Below are positions 10,741 to 20,045 of a stretch of 64,000 nucleotides of DNA, one piece after another. Position 1 is the stretch's first letter; the number at the start of each line of letters is the position of its first letter. The notes below the pieces were generated by a model. That model had not been told where the DNA came from, ran no database searches, and saw nothing but the letters and a program-made list of their open reading frames with translations. The DNA is taken from the IMG/VR virus record IMGVR_UViG_3300050821_004776; one strand, 5' to 3'. The position numbers and the translations under genes are program-made. Origin of the DNA: an uncultured virus (IMG/VR IMGVR_UViG_3300050821_004776) (lineage: Duplodnaviria; Heunggongvirae; Uroviricota; Caudoviricetes).

Positions 10741-12492
10741 GTGGCTCTTGAGAAGCTTCACGGTACCCAGGTCGTATCGTGGGCACCGCCATTGCCCCAG
10801 CGCGCCTTCCAGATACTCAGCGCGGGTGTTACGTCAGACAACACTAGCGTGGCAGGGCTCAGCACGGACGGCAAGCGCTACGGTTACTTCGTCCTCAGCA
10901 CGGTGCAGTGGGCCGTGCTCGAAGGCTTCCACACGCCCCCGGTAAGCCCCGGTGAGAAGTTCCAGATCTGGGAGTCATTCTCGCCCCTTGAGCCGTTCCT
11001 GTTCCCGCCGGCGTTCGCGGGAGGTGCCGCGCTCCCGGGGACGACGTCGCCCACCACGGCTACTGCGGCACCGGACCTGTTCAACGTCTACGGCATGACC
11101 CAGAACCGCGAGTCAGGGGGCGGTCAGGCGGTATACGACATCCTCGACGCGACCGTGCACTCCATCGCCGCCGTCCAGCAGTCGTCCTCAGGGTCCTGGA
11201 CGGTGTACTTCTCCCCGGTCACGACCGCGACCATCACCCAGGACTGCGGGCTCGTCACCAAGCCGGAGCCCTACAGCCCCCGCTACCTCGGGCAGATCGG
11301 GCACGTCTCGGGTGTCAATCCCGTCTGGACAATTCCGGGCGGTCCCTCCCAGCTCACCTGCCTGCTGGCGGTAGAGCCGGACTTCCGGACCGATGCCCTC
11401 AACCCCGGACGGATCATCACCGCGCACCGGGGCGGGAGCTGCATCTGGGAAGGGCAGCTCACCGAGCCCCAGCCCGCCGCTACCGGGTGGACGCTGACCG
11501 CTAACGGCGTCGGAACGTACGGCACGAACTACGGGGCATGGTGGCAGCCCGGAGCCGGGCCTACCGCCAAGTCCACCGGGTGGTTCCCTGACGGTCCCGT
11601 CGATTTCGCCATCGCGCGCGGCCTGCGCTGGGCCAACCACGGCATCGGCACCCCGGCGGGCATCTACACCGGCCCGACACAGGACCCCGGCTCGCTGACG
11701 ATCACGGACTTCATGAACCTGCTGTGCACGGGCGGTTCCCTGCTATGGGAGCTGGTACAGCCGACGAGCGCCGCGACGTGGCCGCCCGGACCCTGGCAGC
11801 TCGTCGTCCACCCGATGCCCACCGACCGGAACGGCAACCCGCTCGTCGCCGGGCCTGCGCAGAAGACCCAGATCTCGATCCTCCAGGGCGGCCGGTGGAA
11901 GCGCGTGGACATGCTCACCGCCCAGCCACGGCAGCCACCGGACCTGTTCCTGGTGAATACCTCACCGGTAGCGCGGACAATCACGGCCGACTACAACACG
12001 ATCATCCTGTACTACCAGAAGACAGCGGACAAGACCGCCACCAGCACCACGGCGGCCACGGCGGCCACGTACGGCACTACGTTCGTGGACAACCCCGGGT
12101 CGGTGGCCGCGCACGGGCGGCTGGAGTACTACCTGGACGTCACCAACGCCGGGGCCATGACCGCGCTTCAGGCACAGCAGATCGGGCTCAACGTCCTGAC
12201 CAAGTACATCCGGGCGAACTTCGCTAACGCGTTCTCGGTCATGCCCGGCCAGCTCCTCAATCCCGGGGGCTTCCCCGTCGATCTCGGGCTCAACTACGCG
12301 GGCATGGTGTGCGCCATCCAGGGGGTCAGCGCGGCCAGCGGCGGTGAGGTCGGCTTCGCCCCGCTGACCTTCCTGATCGGCACCTATTCCTATGACGATG
12401 ACACGCAGACCGCGACCGTAACGCCTTACCAGAACGCGCTGACTGATATCGCCTCGGTGGTCTCCGCGCTTTATCCGGGCAAATTCGCCTAG
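10741..12492 (+). CDS. Minor tail protein (583 aa)
   Basis: Last gene of tail operon; IWEG...LTANG segment resembles siphovirus minor tail proteins. Confidence 0.6.
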   Translation: MALEKLHGTQVVSWAPPLPQRAFQILSAGVTSDNTSVAGLSTDGKRYGYFVLSTVQWAVLEGFHTPPVSPGEKFQIWESFSPLEPFLFPPAFAGGAALPGTTSPTTATAAPDLFNVYGMTQNRESGGGQAVYDILDATVHSIAAVQQSSSGSWTVYFSPVTTATITQDCGLVTKPEPYSPRYLGQIGHVSGVNPVWTIPGGPSQLTCLLAVEPDFRTDALNPGRIITAHRGGSCIWEGQLTEPQPAATGWTLTANGVGTYGTNYGAWWQPGAGPTAKSTGWFPDGPVDFAIARGLRWANHGIGTPAGIYTGPTQDPGSLTITDFMNLLCTGGSLLWELVQPTSAATWPPGPWQLVVHPMPTDRNGNPLVAGPAQKTQISILQGGRWKRVDMLTAQPRQPPDLFLVNTSPVARTITADYNTIILYYQKTADKTATSTTAATAATYGTTFVDNPGSVAAHGRLEYYLDVTNAGAMTALQAQQIGLNVLTKYIRANFANAFSVMPGQLLNPGGFPVDLGLNYAGMVCAIQGVSAASGGEVGFAPLTFLIGTYSYDDDTQTATVTPYQNALTDIASVVSALYPGKFA

Positions 12493-12902
12493 GGGCGGCA
12501 CCCGTCACTGCGCTCCCAGAACAGCAGAGCCACATAGAACTTATACGTCGCTACGCGCGAAGGATTCTTAGCAGGATTAGCGGGCGCGGATACCGGAGTT
12601 TTCGTGAGCAATTCCAGGGCCTGGCACTCGTGCTGCACGACATGCTGGGTATACATCTGGGCAGCGGCGGCATTTGCCCGCACCTGGTTAGCGAGATCCA
12701 TTGTCTTGACGACGTTTATGCCGAGAATAATAGAGGTAGCGATAAATACGAGACAGAGAATAGCCAGGACGCGTACTTGCCACTTGCGGGTACGGTCTGC
12801 CTTGACTAGCGGCGCTATGAGTCTTTCCGCCACCGCGATGGTCTTAGCTTCTGACTCAGGGCCATCATGGTCCGGGAGGCCCAGCTTGCCGTCTTGGTTC
12901 AT
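12489..12902 (-). CDS. Hypothetical membrane protein
   Basis: One hydrophobic segment (VLAILCLVFIATSIILGI); 4-bp overlap with upstream gene. Confidence 0.65.
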   Translation of the reverse strand: MNQDGKLGLPDHDGPESEAKTIAVAERLIAPLVKADRTRKWQVRVLAILCLVFIATSIILGINVVKTMDLANQVRANAAAAQMYTQHVVQHECQALELLTKTPVSAPANPAKNPSRVATYKFYVALLFWERSDGCRP

Positions 12903-13468
12903 GAACGTTCCTGCTTCCTTCGGACACGGGACAGATCCATTGTGCTCAACAGGATGGCGGCGGCTGTAGGCTCCCCCGCGTGCACAGGGAAGCCAAGATC
13001 CTGCCCCGGCTCCCAGTTCCGGATCTGTACCAGGAAGCGGCGCAGGCTCAGCTCCTCATCTACCGTCAGCGTACCCTCCGTGAAGCTTTCGAGGAGGTCG
13101 TCTATCTCGGCGCGGGCGGGGTCAGGCTGGTGAAGGACGCGGGCCGCGTCGATCGCGATGGACTCAAGCGAGCGCCACAAGGGCTCAACCTTGGTGTTAA
13201 GGGTGCTGACCTGGTCTCTTAGCGGTTCCAGGGAACGGGAGATGGCCGCCTCCACCACAGTAGCCGTATGCGTTGTCTCAGCGTCGAGCTTAGCGTGAAG
13301 TGATGTAACATCGAGCTGAAGCGGAGTGAGCGCTTCCTTCAGCCGGCTGTCAATTTCCTCAATGCGCTTTTTACGAGCTGATTCAGTGTGGTTCTCACGG
13401 TAAAGAAACAAGGTCCCGCTCCCGCCGAGAAACGTACCGACCCCGAGGACAACAGACAGCACGTCCAC
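12899..13468 (-). CDS. Hypothetical protein with N-terminal membrane anchor and coiled coil
   Basis: Hydrophobic N-terminus followed by helical heptads. Confidence 0.65.
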   Translation of the reverse strand: MDVLSVVLGVGTFLGGSGTLFLYRENHTESARKKRIEEIDSRLKEALTPLQLDVTSLHAKLDAETTHTATVVEAAISRSLEPLRDQVSTLNTKVEPLWRSLESIAIDAARVLHQPDPARAEIDDLLESFTEGTLTVDEELSLRRFLVQIRNWEPGQDLGFPVHAGEPTAAAILLSTMDLSRVRRKQERS

Positions 13469-13541
13469 AAGGCCGCTCCTTACCCCGGGAACCAGTTATT
13501 CTCATCCCAGGGTACGGAGCGGGCCGCCTGTGCGCTAGTTC

Positions 13542-14201
13542 TCAGGCGCGGACGACCTTCACCGACTCGTCACTGCCGGGGAGATAGAGATTTACCCAGC
13601 CGTTCTCGATACGCAGGGTACGACCGCCGGTCAGCACGAAGCAGTCCGCCGGCCAGGAATTCCGTGTCACGGTCGCGGGGGTGTCTTCCGTGGCATGCGG
13701 GTACCTCCGCATCAGGTCGGCCTGCGCCGCGTCCACCCGGGCGGTCAGCTCTTCCCACTCCCCGCGCGTCCGGCGCGTCGCCTTCTGGTGCCGCTCGGCA
13801 TCCTGGGCGCGGATGCGGCGGCGGGCCTCGCGCAGCAGGCGGGCGGACAGCTCCGCGTAGGCACGGCCGAGAGCCAGGCACTCGCCGGTCACGCGATCGT
13901 GGTCATCGCCGCGCTCGCGCTTGCTGGCCCCGCTGCCGCCGAACACGCGCGTCACCTCGCCGTAGACACTGCCGCCGGCCGGCACCTGGCAGGACACCTT
14001 CGCGACGGCGGCGTCTCCCGTGACCATGACCTGCGCGCTCCCGGCCCGGTAGGCCGAGTCCGCATTCGGCGCGTACGGCGACGAGGCCGTCTGGAAGATC
14101 CCCTGGCCGGGGGAGGCGGAGTCGTATGCCAGCCCGCGCATCGCGGCGTCGGTCACGAACTCCCCGCCCTGCGGCAGTCGTTCCTTCTTCGTCTTGCTCA
14201 T
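13542..14201 (-). CDS. Hypothetical protein, possible DUF1876/dsRBD-fold domain
   Basis: GASKRERGDDHDRVTGECLALGRA resembles the DUF1876 motif. Confidence 0.5.
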   Translation of the reverse strand: MSKTKKERLPQGGEFVTDAAMRGLAYDSASPGQGIFQTASSPYAPNADSAYRAGSAQVMVTGDAAVAKVSCQVPAGGSVYGEVTRVFGGSGASKRERGDDHDRVTGECLALGRAYAELSARLLREARRRIRAQDAERHQKATRRTRGEWEELTARVDAAQADLMRRYPHATEDTPATVTRNSWPADCFVLTGGRTLRIENGWVNLYLPGSDESVKVVRA

Positions 14202-14491
14202 GCGGTGGTGTTACCTTCCTTCACGAATATTTTCGGGGTGCCGATGGGCTTGGCATCCCACTTCGGGTCGCGGAGAACGAGGAGGGTGTCTTCGTCCACG
14301 ATGATGTTGTCCAGGGGCAGGCCGGCCAGCTTGCGCATCGCGGACTTCCTGGCCGCCCCGCGCAGGTCCTGGGCACGGCCGATCGCCCGGCCCACCGCCT
14401 TCTTCAGCCTGCGGCGCTGCGCGGGGGTCTTGCGGGCCGCCTCGAAGCGCTCGGTGCGCGTCTCCAGGGACAGCGGCTGTGTCTGCGTCAT
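14198..14491 (-). CDS. Basic hypothetical protein
   Basis: Start taken at ATG 14491 (MTQTQP); ATGA overlap with next gene. Confidence 0.55.
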   Translation of the reverse strand: MTQTQPLSLETRTERFEAARKTPAQRRRLKKAVGRAIGRAQDLRGAARKSAMRKLAGLPLDNIIVDEDTLLVLRDPKWDAKPIGTPKIFVKEGNTTA

Positions 14492-14555
14492 GACCTGTGC
14501 AACACGAGCCCTTCCGCGCGCATTCCCGCTGGGTGGCAGGGATTGCACTATTCAC

Positions 14556-14675
14556 TGGCGGGCAGCGCACGCTCGTCGTAAGCGGCTCAGGCTGGCCTAG
14601 AGGCCAGCACCGCAAACCCCGGCCACCAGCACAGATACTGTCGGGATGTGCGACCCGCTGGGTAGAATGTCCGTT
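14556..14675 (+). ncRNA. Putative natural single-guide RNA (tracr paralogue + repeat 3' end + guide)
   Basis: 14556-14619 matches the - strand of 32652-32589 at 56/64 nt (first 30 nt identical), then a hairpin, then GGATGTGCGAC (14644-14654), the last 11 nt of the CRISPR repeat. Confidence 0.8.
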
Positions 14676-15218
14676 ATGGCACTGAATCTCCCGGACCTGG
14701 CTAAATTCGCGGCACGCCCGTTCCCGCAGGGGTATCCCGTTGAGGATCACATCACGCTGTACGCCCCCCAGGACAACCTGCACGGGGCGCTGGCCGCGTT
14801 CGTGGATTCCGTCACCACGTCGCTGGTGCTGGCCATGTACGGGTTTGACGACGACGCCGAGGCCACGGCCATCCTGCGCAAGCTCCAGGACCCGGGCATC
14901 TATGTCCTGCTGGTGCTGGATTCTTCTCAGGCCGCCGGCGTGCACGAGAAGAAACTACTACAGCTCATGAACTACCCGAGCAACTCCGTGGTGATCGGCC
15001 GGTCCGAGGAGAACGCGATCATGCACCTCAAGACCGGTGTCGCCGATGGCCTCTTCACCTTCGGGGGCTCGACCAACTGGAGCGCGTCCGGCGAGGGCAA
15101 GCAGGACAACGAACTCACCTTCAGCCGGCACCCGCTGATCGCCTTCCAGGCGCGCACCAAGATCGACCTGATCGCCGAGACGATCCGCACGAAGCAGCAG
15201 CGAGCCCCGGCGGCTTGA
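14676..15218 (+). CDS. Phospholipase D-family (Nuc-like, single HKD) nuclease
   Basis: HLKTGVAD (HxKxxxxD) and GSTNWS motifs; TAGAAT at 14663-14668, 7 nt before ATG 14676, suggests a leaderless start. Confidence 0.85.
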   Translation: MALNLPDLAKFAARPFPQGYPVEDHITLYAPQDNLHGALAAFVDSVTTSLVLAMYGFDDDAEATAILRKLQDPGIYVLLVLDSSQAAGVHEKKLLQLMNYPSNSVVIGRSEENAIMHLKTGVADGLFTFGGSTNWSASGEGKQDNELTFSRHPLIAFQARTKIDLIAETIRTKQQRAPAA

Positions 15219-15532
15219 TGGCGAGTATCAGGGGCCGGGGCCGGAGGCATACGCACCGGTACAAGAAACGCGCCTCTGACGGCTTTACGCCCTACATCGC
15301 CATCAAGACCTGCGCTGCCTGCGGCAAGCAGTGTTACCGGTCGCGTGACGAGGCCAGGCAGTCTGCTAAGATCAATCATCCCGGCCAGGTGATGCACGCT
15401 TACGAGTGCGAGGAGCCCAGCGGCCAGCGCTGGTGGCATCTCTCTTCTATTCCCGCCGGGAAACTCAAGCGACTGAGAGACCGTGAGGCAAATGGAAGAC
15501 GACCAGGACAAGAACGCGGGAACGCTGCCTGA
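15215..15532 (+). CDS. Small Cys/His-rich hypothetical protein
   Basis: CGKQCY...AYEC...WHLS pattern seen in small phage Zn-binding proteins. Confidence 0.55.
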   Translation: MMASIRGRGRRHTHRYKKRASDGFTPYIAIKTCAACGKQCYRSRDEARQSAKINHPGQVMHAYECEEPSGQRWWHLSSIPAGKLKRLRDREANGRRPGQERGNAA

Positions 15533-15866
15533 CAACGAGATCACGCGCGCCATCGACGCCTTCCTGGACGACCCGGGTACTGGGGTAAAACATGAGGGCA
15601 GGACTATCTAACTGGAAGTGCGTGCTGTGCGACAAGCTGGTGAAGCTGAAGGACATCGTCAGCGGGCACCATATGCGGTCCCGGCACCCTGATTACTGGC
15701 CGGACGGGACTCTCGCGGTGATCGATACCGCTATCGAAGAGGAGATGGACTCCTGTGGGTGATCACCGCGCTCCCCGTCATCCCCTGCGCGGATGGCTGA
15801 CCGCTGCCCTGGTTCTGGCAGTCATCGGCATCCTCGCCGTGCTACTGGCACTGCTACTCTCATAGA

Positions 15867-16205
15867 GTGACCAGGACACATCACGCGACTCGAACATGGC
15901 GTCTATCCTGCGGCTGCCTCCGGGACTACCCGGGCATGCAGCTCGACAAGACCCATCACGTGCTGTGCGTGTCCTGTCAGGTACCGGTGATCACCCTGTA
16001 CGCCTATCACGAGCAGCGCTGCGGCTACACCGCGCTAGCCCGGCGGCCCGGCGACCCTGACCCCGTTCACGTGAGCTGCACGAACGAGCCCGGGAATGCG
16101 TCCTGCCGGCAGGGTGTTCACTACGACAGCTACGCTGTGACTAAGTTCGGGGCGCGGGACAGGCTCCGGTCAGGCGCACAGGGAGCGACAGGCAACCCTG
16201 GCTGA
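15867..16205 (+). CDS. Cys-rich hypothetical protein
   Basis: LSCGC and CVSC motifs. Confidence 0.5.
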   Translation: MTRTHHATRTWRLSCGCLRDYPGMQLDKTHHVLCVSCQVPVITLYAYHEQRCGYTALARRPGDPDPVHVSCTNEPGNASCRQGVHYDSYAVTKFGARDRLRSGAQGATGNPG

Positions 16206-16270
16206 GGAGAGCACCGGATGATCCATCCCCCTTATGAGAACGGCGAAGACGATTTGTCCGGCCAGGGCGG

Positions 16271-17098
16271 ATGGCCAGAGCCCAGCCTGTTCGCATACGG
16301 GGCGGGCAAACTGTGAGGACGCTGCGGGTCCTGGTCGGCTGCGAGTGCTCGGGCCGGGTCCGGGACGCCTTCGACAAACTCGGCTGGGAAGCCTGGTCGG
16401 CGGACCTGCTGCCCTCGGAGAGCAAGCCCGTGCGCACCTGCTACCCGGAGCCCGGCCGGTGGCACCATTACGGGTCCGGGGGCCATGGCTTTCACTACCA
16501 GGGTGACGTCCGCGACCTGTTCAACTGGAATCACCCGGTCAACGATAATCGGAGCCAGGAACAGCGCTTCAGCCCCATCCAGGAGCACATTCCCCTGTGG
16601 GACCTGTTCATCGGCCACCCCCCGTGCGATCACCTGAGCTACGCCGGGGCGCGGTGGTTCAAGGTCAAGCAGGCAGACGGACGCCAGCAGGCAGGCGCGG
16701 ATTTCTTCATGGAGATGGTGAACGCCCCGTCGCCGATGGTGGCCGTCGAGAACCCGCACAGCATCATGCAGAAGCTCTACCGGCCGCCCGCGCAGGTCGT
16801 CCAGCCGTGGATGTTCGGCGATCCCTACGTCAAGGGCATCCACCTGTGGCTCAAGGGGCTGCCCAGGCTGATCCCCGTCTGCCGGGAGGACGACTTCCCT
16901 CAGCTTTTCCGGACGGCCACGGGGGGCGGCTCCTGGCGCACGGACACGGCGGCGGGCCGGAACCTGATGAGCGCGCACGAGGACAGCGAGGGCCGCAGGA
17001 ACCGGGCTAAGGTCCGGAGCCGCACGTTCCCCGGCCTGGCAGAAGCCATGGCCGCCCAGTGGGGCGCGTACGCGAGGGGGTACTACGGTGGGCGCTAA
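16271..17098 (+). CDS. Phage DNA cytosine-5 methyltransferase-like protein
   Basis: VLVGCECSG, GHPPC (catalytic PC) and VENP motifs. Confidence 0.75.
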   Translation: MARAQPVRIRGGQTVRTLRVLVGCECSGRVRDAFDKLGWEAWSADLLPSESKPVRTCYPEPGRWHHYGSGGHGFHYQGDVRDLFNWNHPVNDNRSQEQRFSPIQEHIPLWDLFIGHPPCDHLSYAGARWFKVKQADGRQQAGADFFMEMVNAPSPMVAVENPHSIMQKLYRPPAQVVQPWMFGDPYVKGIHLWLKGLPRLIPVCREDDFPQLFRTATGGGSWRTDTAAGRNLMSAHEDSEGRRNRAKVRSRTFPGLAEAMAAQWGAYARGYYGGR

Positions 17099-17465
17099 GA
17101 AATACTCCGACGAGATCATCTGGCAGCTCCGTACCCGCTACGTCCTGCAAAACGAGTACCTGTCCGACCTGTGCGCGGAACTGGGCATCCCCATGTCATA
17201 CGCCTGGCGTCTCGTGACCGGTGAAGACCGGCCTGACGCCGGCGGACCCTTGCACACGCCCAAGAGCATCGGGCCGTTGCCCCAGCGCCCGCATGACCAG
17301 ACCGGAAACAAGAACCCGAACGCCATCGGCCTGACGCCGGAGGACCGTGAACTCGTTAAACAGCTCGTCCGCGAGGGCCGTTCGCATCAGGCGGCAGCAG
17401 ATTTCCTGCGGGACAAGGGCTGGCGTATTTCCAAATCGACAGTGAGAAGGATCGTGAATGCATGA
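17088..17465 (+). CDS. Helix-turn-helix DNA-binding protein
   Basis: Two HTH-like segments (LCAELGIPMSYAWRLV; SHQAAADFL...ISKSTVRRIV). Confidence 0.6.
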   Translation: MGAKKYSDEIIWQLRTRYVLQNEYLSDLCAELGIPMSYAWRLVTGEDRPDAGGPLHTPKSIGPLPQRPHDQTGNKNPNAIGLTPEDRELVKQLVREGRSHQAAADFLRDKGWRISKSTVRRIVNA

Positions 17466-17935
17466 CGCGCATCTGTTCCGTTATCGGCGTTGACCCCGGG
17501 CAAGCCTGCGGCATAGCGTTCGTGGACTACATGGGCGACCAGATTGCCGGGCGCACGATGCTCCAGGTAGATCACGCCTCAGCCCTGATCGTGCTCGAAG
17601 CCATGCTCCTGGCGCACTACAGCGACCCTGAACGCGTGCCCGAGCGCTGGGCCGGCGTCGAAGCGTTCATCACCGGCAACAGCGCCGGCACCAAGGGCAA
17701 GCCCGCCGAACTCACGCGGCAGCTCGTCATGCGGTTCGGGGAGCTGCTCCAGATGTACGGCTACCGGGTCAAGGTCCGGCCGGCCGCCAGCGTCAAGCCC
17801 TGGGCCACGAACCGTGTCCTGGAGGCCGCAGGGATACTCCAGGAGGCAACCGGGATGCGGCACGCTAACGACGGGGGCCGCCAGGCCCTGTTCACGGCCC
17901 GGTGGGACGCGGGAAAGCCGAGCCCGCTGCGATGA
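17462..17935 (+). CDS. RuvC-like Holliday junction resolvase
   Basis: VIGVDPG, internal Glu (GVEAF) and C-terminal HAND motifs. Confidence 0.75.
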   Translation: MTRICSVIGVDPGQACGIAFVDYMGDQIAGRTMLQVDHASALIVLEAMLLAHYSDPERVPERWAGVEAFITGNSAGTKGKPAELTRQLVMRFGELLQMYGYRVKVRPAASVKPWATNRVLEAAGILQEATGMRHANDGGRQALFTARWDAGKPSPLR

Positions 17936-19101
17936 GGTCCCAGGTGACGATGGTATCGGCCCCGAACCGGATCTGGTTCCGCAACTGGCTCCGCAGGACA
18001 GGGCACAGCCCCGCCGAATACCTGTGGATCAAGGACGAGTTCGCGCTCCTGGGCTGGCGCGGTCCCGTCATCATTCTCGACGGCGGCGCGATAGACCCCG
18101 CGCTCAGCGAGGCTATCCATGCGTGCGTGCAGACAGGCAGCACCCTCACCTACGTGAACACCTGAGGTGTGAACTCATGCAGCAGCCTGTCTACATCTAC
18201 GTCCTGGAGCACCCGAATGAGCCGGCCTGCGTCTTCACCTGGCCGAACGCCTGCAAAAAGTACATCAGGGACGGCTACACGCTGAACGGCAAGCTCTGCC
18301 TGCCCCCCGGGGGCGTCCTGACGCTCACGAGGTACAAGGCCAACCCGAAAGCCGGGCAGCCCGTGATTCTCAGCCCGCTCGACATCGAGAGGTTCATGGC
18401 CGGTGCCTGACGCGATCAACAGTGAGGCGAGGTAACACATGCCCGGATACACGCCGTGCCCTGGCTCTGGCCATGACGTCCGCAGAAATTCCATAAGGTG
18501 CAAGCGCATCGGGAATACTCCGATACCCGTTGACGGTTGCTGCGGATACTGCGGTAAGCGCGTGCAGCTCACGCTACAGAACACCGCCGCACGACACAAA
18601 GAAGCCCAGCCGAGCGAGAAGCCGACAGAGGAGAATGCATGAAGATCAGTATTGACCAGGCCAGGATCGACGCTGACCTGGTGAAGGCCCAGGCCGAGAT
18701 CGAGCGCGGCAGGCCCGAGCGCGCCTTCCGGGAACTACAGAACATCCGCGAGCGCCTCGCGCTGCTTGTCCGGATCGCCCAGTCGGGCACCCCTGTCCCC
18801 GGGAACCGCGCGCCGGCCGTGAACCCCAGCGCCCTGCGGAGCATGGAGGCCGGCGGTGCCTGAGATCCGCAGGAAGGCCAGTGAAGAGATAAAGATCGTG
18901 GTCACCCGCGAAGATCTCCTGAATGCCCTGGACATCGACCTGGAGGAAGTCTTCTACGTCCAGCAGAACCTGACGGCGGGGACGCTTGAGTTCTACATCA
19001 ACGAGACAGGCCGCCGCCGGCTCGCGGCGCAGGCCCAGGACGCGCCCTCCGCGCCTGTCCCTGGCAGTCCCTGGCGGCCCTGGGACAGGCGGAGGCACTG
19101 A
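17932..19101 (+). other. Run of five small hypothetical genes (17932-18165, 18177-18410, 18439-18642, 18639-18863, 18856-19101)
   Basis: Tightly packed ORFs, several with overlapping stop/start codons. Confidence 0.6.
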
Positions 19102-20045
19102 TGGCTAAGATCTGCTACCTCCCCAAGAGCTTCAACGGCACCGCGCTCGGCGTTATCCGGCAGGCTGAGGCGTTCTGCGACGGCTACGCCCGCCAGGGCT
19201 ACCAGATCACGCTGCGCCAGCTCTACTACCGGTTCATCGCCACCGACGCGTTCCCCGAGAGCCGGCGTGACCCGGAATCGGGGACCAAGAACACGGAGCG
19301 CAATTACAAGTGGCTCGGCGGCCTGGTCTCCGACGCGCGCCTGGCCGGCCTGATCGACTGGAGCCACCTGGAGGACCGGGGCCGCGAGCAGCTCGGCGGT
19401 GACACGGGGTGGGGAACTCCCCGCAACATCATCAGGTACGGCGCGAACAACTACGCCATCACCCACTGGGACAACCAGGAGCACTACGTCGAGGTGTGGG
19501 TGGAAAAGCAGGCCCTCGAAGACGTCGTATCCCGCCCGTGCGGGCGGTGGAATGTCCCGTACTTCGCCTGCAAGGGTTACGTCAGCCAGTCCTCCATGCA
19601 CGAGGCCGCGCTGCGACTGCGGCAGATCGGCGGGGACCGCGCCAAGACCGTCATTCACCTCGGGGACCATGACCCTAGCGGCATCGACATGACCCGCGAT
19701 ATCCAGGACCGCCTGCGCATGTTCGGGGCCTCGGTGGACGTCCGCCGGATCGCGCTCAACATGGATCAGGTCGAAACCTATGACCCGCCGCCGTCGCCGG
19801 CCAAGATTACCGACTCCCGCGCGGCCGACTACATCGACCGGTTCGGCCACGACTCCTGGGAGCTGGACGCCCTGGAGCCCGCGACCCTGGAAGCGCTGAT
19901 CGAAGAGGAGATCACCAGCCGCCTGGACATGAGCCTGTGGCAGGGCCGGCTGGACCGCGAGGAGCGCGAGCGCCAGGTGCTGGAGGCCATGGAAGAGCAC
20001 TACGACGACATCCGCGACTACATGCAGGAAGAGGGATGGGCGTGA
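19101..20045 (+). CDS. Topoisomerase VI-A/Spo11-like Toprim protein
   Basis: RQLYYR, VEVWVEK, KGY and GDHDPSG (DxD) motifs. Confidence 0.75.
   Translation: MAKICYLPKSFNGTALGVIRQAEAFCDGYARQGYQITLRQLYYRFIATDAFPESRRDPESGTKNTERNYKWLGGLVSDARLAGLIDWSHLEDRGREQLGGDTGWGTPRNIIRYGANNYAITHWDNQEHYVEVWVEKQALEDVVSRPCGRWNVPYFACKGYVSQSSMHEAALRLRQIGGDRAKTVIHLGDHDPSGIDMTRDIQDRLRMFGASVDVRRIALNMDQVETYDPPPSPAKITDSRAADYIDRFGHDSWELDALEPATLEALIEEEITSRLDMSLWQGRLDREERERQVLEAMEEHYDDIRDYMQEEGWA

Noticed and set aside
15626..15633. TGTGCGAC repeat-end matches here and near 52872
   Set aside because: 8-mers inside coding sequence with no flanking repeat or scaffold similarity.
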